A stretch of DNA of 64,000 nt from contig NC_043012.1 in assembly GCF_006345805.1 (NCBI RefSeq), positions 33,046,001-33,110,000 on the forward strand, given 5' to 3'. The translations under genes and the position numbers were made by a program. This stretch comes from Octopus sinensis. Lineage: Eukaryota. The number at the start of each line of letters is the position of its first letter. Position 1 is the stretch's first letter. Positions 60,735 through 64,000 of the stretch are shown in pieces. Under the pieces are notes generated by a model, which saw only the letters and a list, made by a program, of their open reading frames with translations, searched no databases and was not told the origin of the DNA.

Positions 60735-61133
60735 CTCGACTGGCTTCCGTGCCGGTGGCACGTAAAATACACCAATCCGACCGTACGACAGGCACCCATG
60801 CCAACCCCCTTTGCTTGCGAAGACATGTTGGGGCAAGCGAAATCGAAATCGAATTGAACCAGCCAGGATCCCTGGTCTGGTGGTACGTAAAAAGCACTAT
60901 CCGACTCGTGGCCGATGCCAGCCTCGCCTGGCACCTGTGCAGGTGGCACGTAAAAAGCACCCACTACACTCACGGAGTGGTTGGCGTTAGGAAGGGCATC
61001 CAGCTGTAGAAACACTGCCAGATCAGACTGGAGCCTGGTGCTGCCTCCTGGCTTCCCAGATCCCCGGTCGAACCGTCCAACCCATGCTAGCATGGAAAAC
61101 AGACGTTAAACGATGATGATGATGATGATGATG
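60735..61133 (+). mobile_element. RTE-LINE 3'-tail repeat (family C)
   Basis: Repeated GTGGCACGTAAAAAGCAC units, GGTTGGCGTTAGGAAGGGCATCCAGCTGTAG, (GAT)n tail. Confidence 0.75.
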
Positions 61134-63337
61134 AAACCAGCATATAAAATTAGATGCAAAACCCATGATGGGGATTTACAGATGCACATACTCTTAATAG
61201 AATGAGTCTTAAGGGAGAAAAGCAATAAAAATAATAGTTTCCACTCATTTTATTGATTGATTTGCATTAAAGCAAATAGCATGAATTTCCTGGTTTTTGT
61301 TAAGTAGACCTCACCAGTGCTGGTGCCATGTAAAATGACACCCAGCTGTAAAAACCGTGCCAAAACAGACCTTGCTAGTGTTGGTACCACGTAATAAGTA
61401 TTTAGTCCACTCCATAAGGTGGTTCGTGTTAGGAAGGGCAACCAGCTGTAAAAATCATGCCAAAACAGACAGTGAAACCTGGTGCAGTCTTCTGGCTAGC
61501 CAGCTAACCCTTAAAAGGATGAAAGGCAAAGTTAACCTCACAAAGATTTGAACTCAGAGTGCAGAGAGAGGAAACAAATGTGAGACGTTCTATCCACCAC
61601 TCTAATGACTGCTAATTTGCAGCCTCTGATGTGGTTAATATTTGCCAAATAGAATCTCTGTACTTGACTCATATATGCATTTTGTGGTTTATTAGAGGGG
61701 ACCCTAAAAAATATTTTGTTGATAAAGTAGATAACCTAATTACACTGGTTCAGGTACCTTAATTTTTACCTAAGCTTCTTATCAATTTTTGTTAAGCTGC
61801 TTTTCAATTTGTGATGCTCTTTTATGCATCCAAATCCATTATATATATACTGTAGGGATTGTTTTTTTTGTTTAAGCCATTATTGATATAACTTCCACAA
61901 AAATTTATCATACCTCCATAAAAAGCTGCTTGTAGCTAACTACTGTGATTCCAGAAAGAAAAGAAACAATAACATGTCTGCTTTACAGCTCTGTGCAGCC
62001 CTTTCAAGCAAGTGAAAAAAACTATTTACCCATCATAAATGCTTTCAAGAAGTGCAATTCTGCAAAATTGTCCGTTAAATTGTCCATTAAATACCCCACC
62101 TTCTCCTCATGCAATACAATAGCCACTAAAACCTACGGAGCCACAGATCTTTCAGAGTCACTGCAATATAAATGAGTTATGTAGCTGATGTTGAAATAAA
62201 TATTGGCACAGCTTTTGTATGTGTGTGTGTCTGTGTACACACACATATGCAAACTTTTGAATACTGAAATGGCATTGATCTAGCTTTAAATCAATCGCAT
62301 TGTCTGCTAAGCGTTACAGATGTGCAACTACCAGCAGTCATTCAAGCTGATCACTCTCAGAGTAATTGCAAAAAAGAAAAGCAGTAAAAAAAAAGACACA
62401 AAAAAAAACTTAGCGAATTTGTAGGATATTGCTTGGCATTAAACTGAAATAAAGAACACTCATTATTAATGTATTGTTCATTGTTTGTCCTCAGAGAAAC
62501 GGCACAGAACTGAGAATGTCATTTTGCAGACGCATCTAATATGTAAAATCAACATTGAATAATAATGATACCAGGTGTTTCTTAATTCTTTCTACCTAGG
62601 ATCACCAGAAGTTTTTGAAGGACATCAAATCTATTAAGTTTACCATAAACTGTTTCATTATTAAAATGCACTAATTTTATGCCTATAATTTTGTCTTATT
62701 GCTTTCAGTCAATCCTTCCAAAAATGAATTTCAAATGAAATACACTTTGTTTCATTATATACACACACACACACGACAGGATCCTTTCACTTTCTGTCAA
62801 CCAAATCCACTTGCAAGGTTTTAATTGGCTGGAGGCTATAGTAGAAGACACTTGCCCACAGTGCAACGCAGTGGGACTAAACCCAGATTCATGTGATTGG
62901 GAAGCAGGCTTCTTATCATTCAGCCACGCCTAATATGAATTAGAAGCGGCACTAGTGTTGTAAGCATCATCAACCACACATAAAGTATGTATTTTGCTAA
63001 AATGCAGCCAACTGGTGAACAAGCAAAGCACATACACTGTTGATTATTGTTTCTTTATTGTTTTCACGTATTTCTGTATGTTTATTCGTGTACATCATCC
63101 GTTTTCCGTCCTTGTGTTGTATACATTCGAAGCTTTCTTCCAAGGGATCTAATGCGCTTAGCTTAGATTTCCCTTGGGGGCTGCCCAGGTCGGAGCAATC
63201 TCAAGATTAATCAGCCGAAATTGCGAAGATGATCCGGTTCTTGACTGATGACTTCGAATGTCCTGTCCTGTGGTTCTTGTGTCGTTTTCTAGGTGTTTCA
63301 CGTTCTTGTCCCAGTTTGTATATATTTTTTACTTTTT

Positions 63338-63419
<82 letters not shown>

Positions 63420-63429
63420 TATATATATA
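63338..63429. repeat. (CA)n(TA)n microsatellite (one of many in the window)
   Basis: Direct reading. Confidence 0.9.
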
Positions 63430-64000
63430 GTTAATCCAAACATGAAAACCCAAAGAGAAAACACAACAACGCGAGGACGTGGAACAAGTATAGTGTTATT
63501 GGATGCTCAGGAAAGGAAAGAAAGAAGGAGGATTTAATGTTTCGAGTGGAACTCTTTGTCAGAAACATAGAAAAAGGGAAGATCCAAGGAAAGGAAGACA
63601 GAAGAAGAAAAAAAAAAAAAAAAAAATCGCTTACGATACACACATTTTGAACATCTCTAAGCAATTTTCCCCAATGAACATGTGGCTTTCCGTCTTTTCA
63701 TGTCCCTGATTACTTTGTCCTGCTGCTGTCAACTTGAATTGCTGGCCCCTCTGTAAAACCAGCAGGAGGTAGCCCTTCTTAATTCTATGTCTTCTCCACA
63801 TTCAGCAGCCTCTTATAATAGCATTTCCATGCCACTTCCTTGTGTTCAACATCAATGACAAGTATGCCTTCATCATTTTGAGTTCTCTTCTCGCCAATGA
63901 CATTTCAATTTTCTCTCTCACAGTCTCACAATTCTAAACAACTTCACATCTCTGCAGGATATGCATAAACCTCTTCTTTACTGCCTTACCTTTAGCCATA

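Noticed and set aside
60614-61093. Recurring peptides such as [15 protein letters not shown] / [15 protein letters not shown] as a gene family
   Set aside because: Chance frames of the high-copy RTE 3'-tail repeat.

Overview
Eukaryotic, AT-rich, repeat-dense genomic DNA. It is probably from a coleoid cephalopod (Octopus-like), which I infer from the SINE/LINE families, not from a database hit. It holds two intron-rich genes transcribed towards each other. On the + strand is a lysosomal acid glucosylceramidase (GBA1 orthologue, GH30) with 9 coding exons at 14726-35272 and both catalytic glutamates intact. On the - strand is mitochondrial stomatin-like protein 2 (STOML2) with 10 coding exons at 55211-37617. 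The first coding exon of each gene could not be located. The rest is transposon-derived: a Helitron 3' half (Pif1 helicase with one nonsense codon, hairpin+CTAG end) and a 357-bp non-autonomous partner, three Tc1/mariner relics, TTAA-type MITEs, a Penelope-like GIY-YIG relic with inverted pLTRs, RTE LINE fragments, about 25 RTE 3'-tail copies and several tRNA-derived SINE families. There is also a decayed tRNA-Gly with an ACC anticodon. Nearly all short ORFs in the supplied track are spurious repeat translations. I found no convincing novel multi-gene system. The most interesting signals are a cluster of long intronic fold-backs in GBA (possible ADAR substrates), a 33-nt locally templated insertion, a K326/E329 charge swap in GBA at the human E326K site, shifted STOML2 intron positions and degenerate hammerhead-like motifs.
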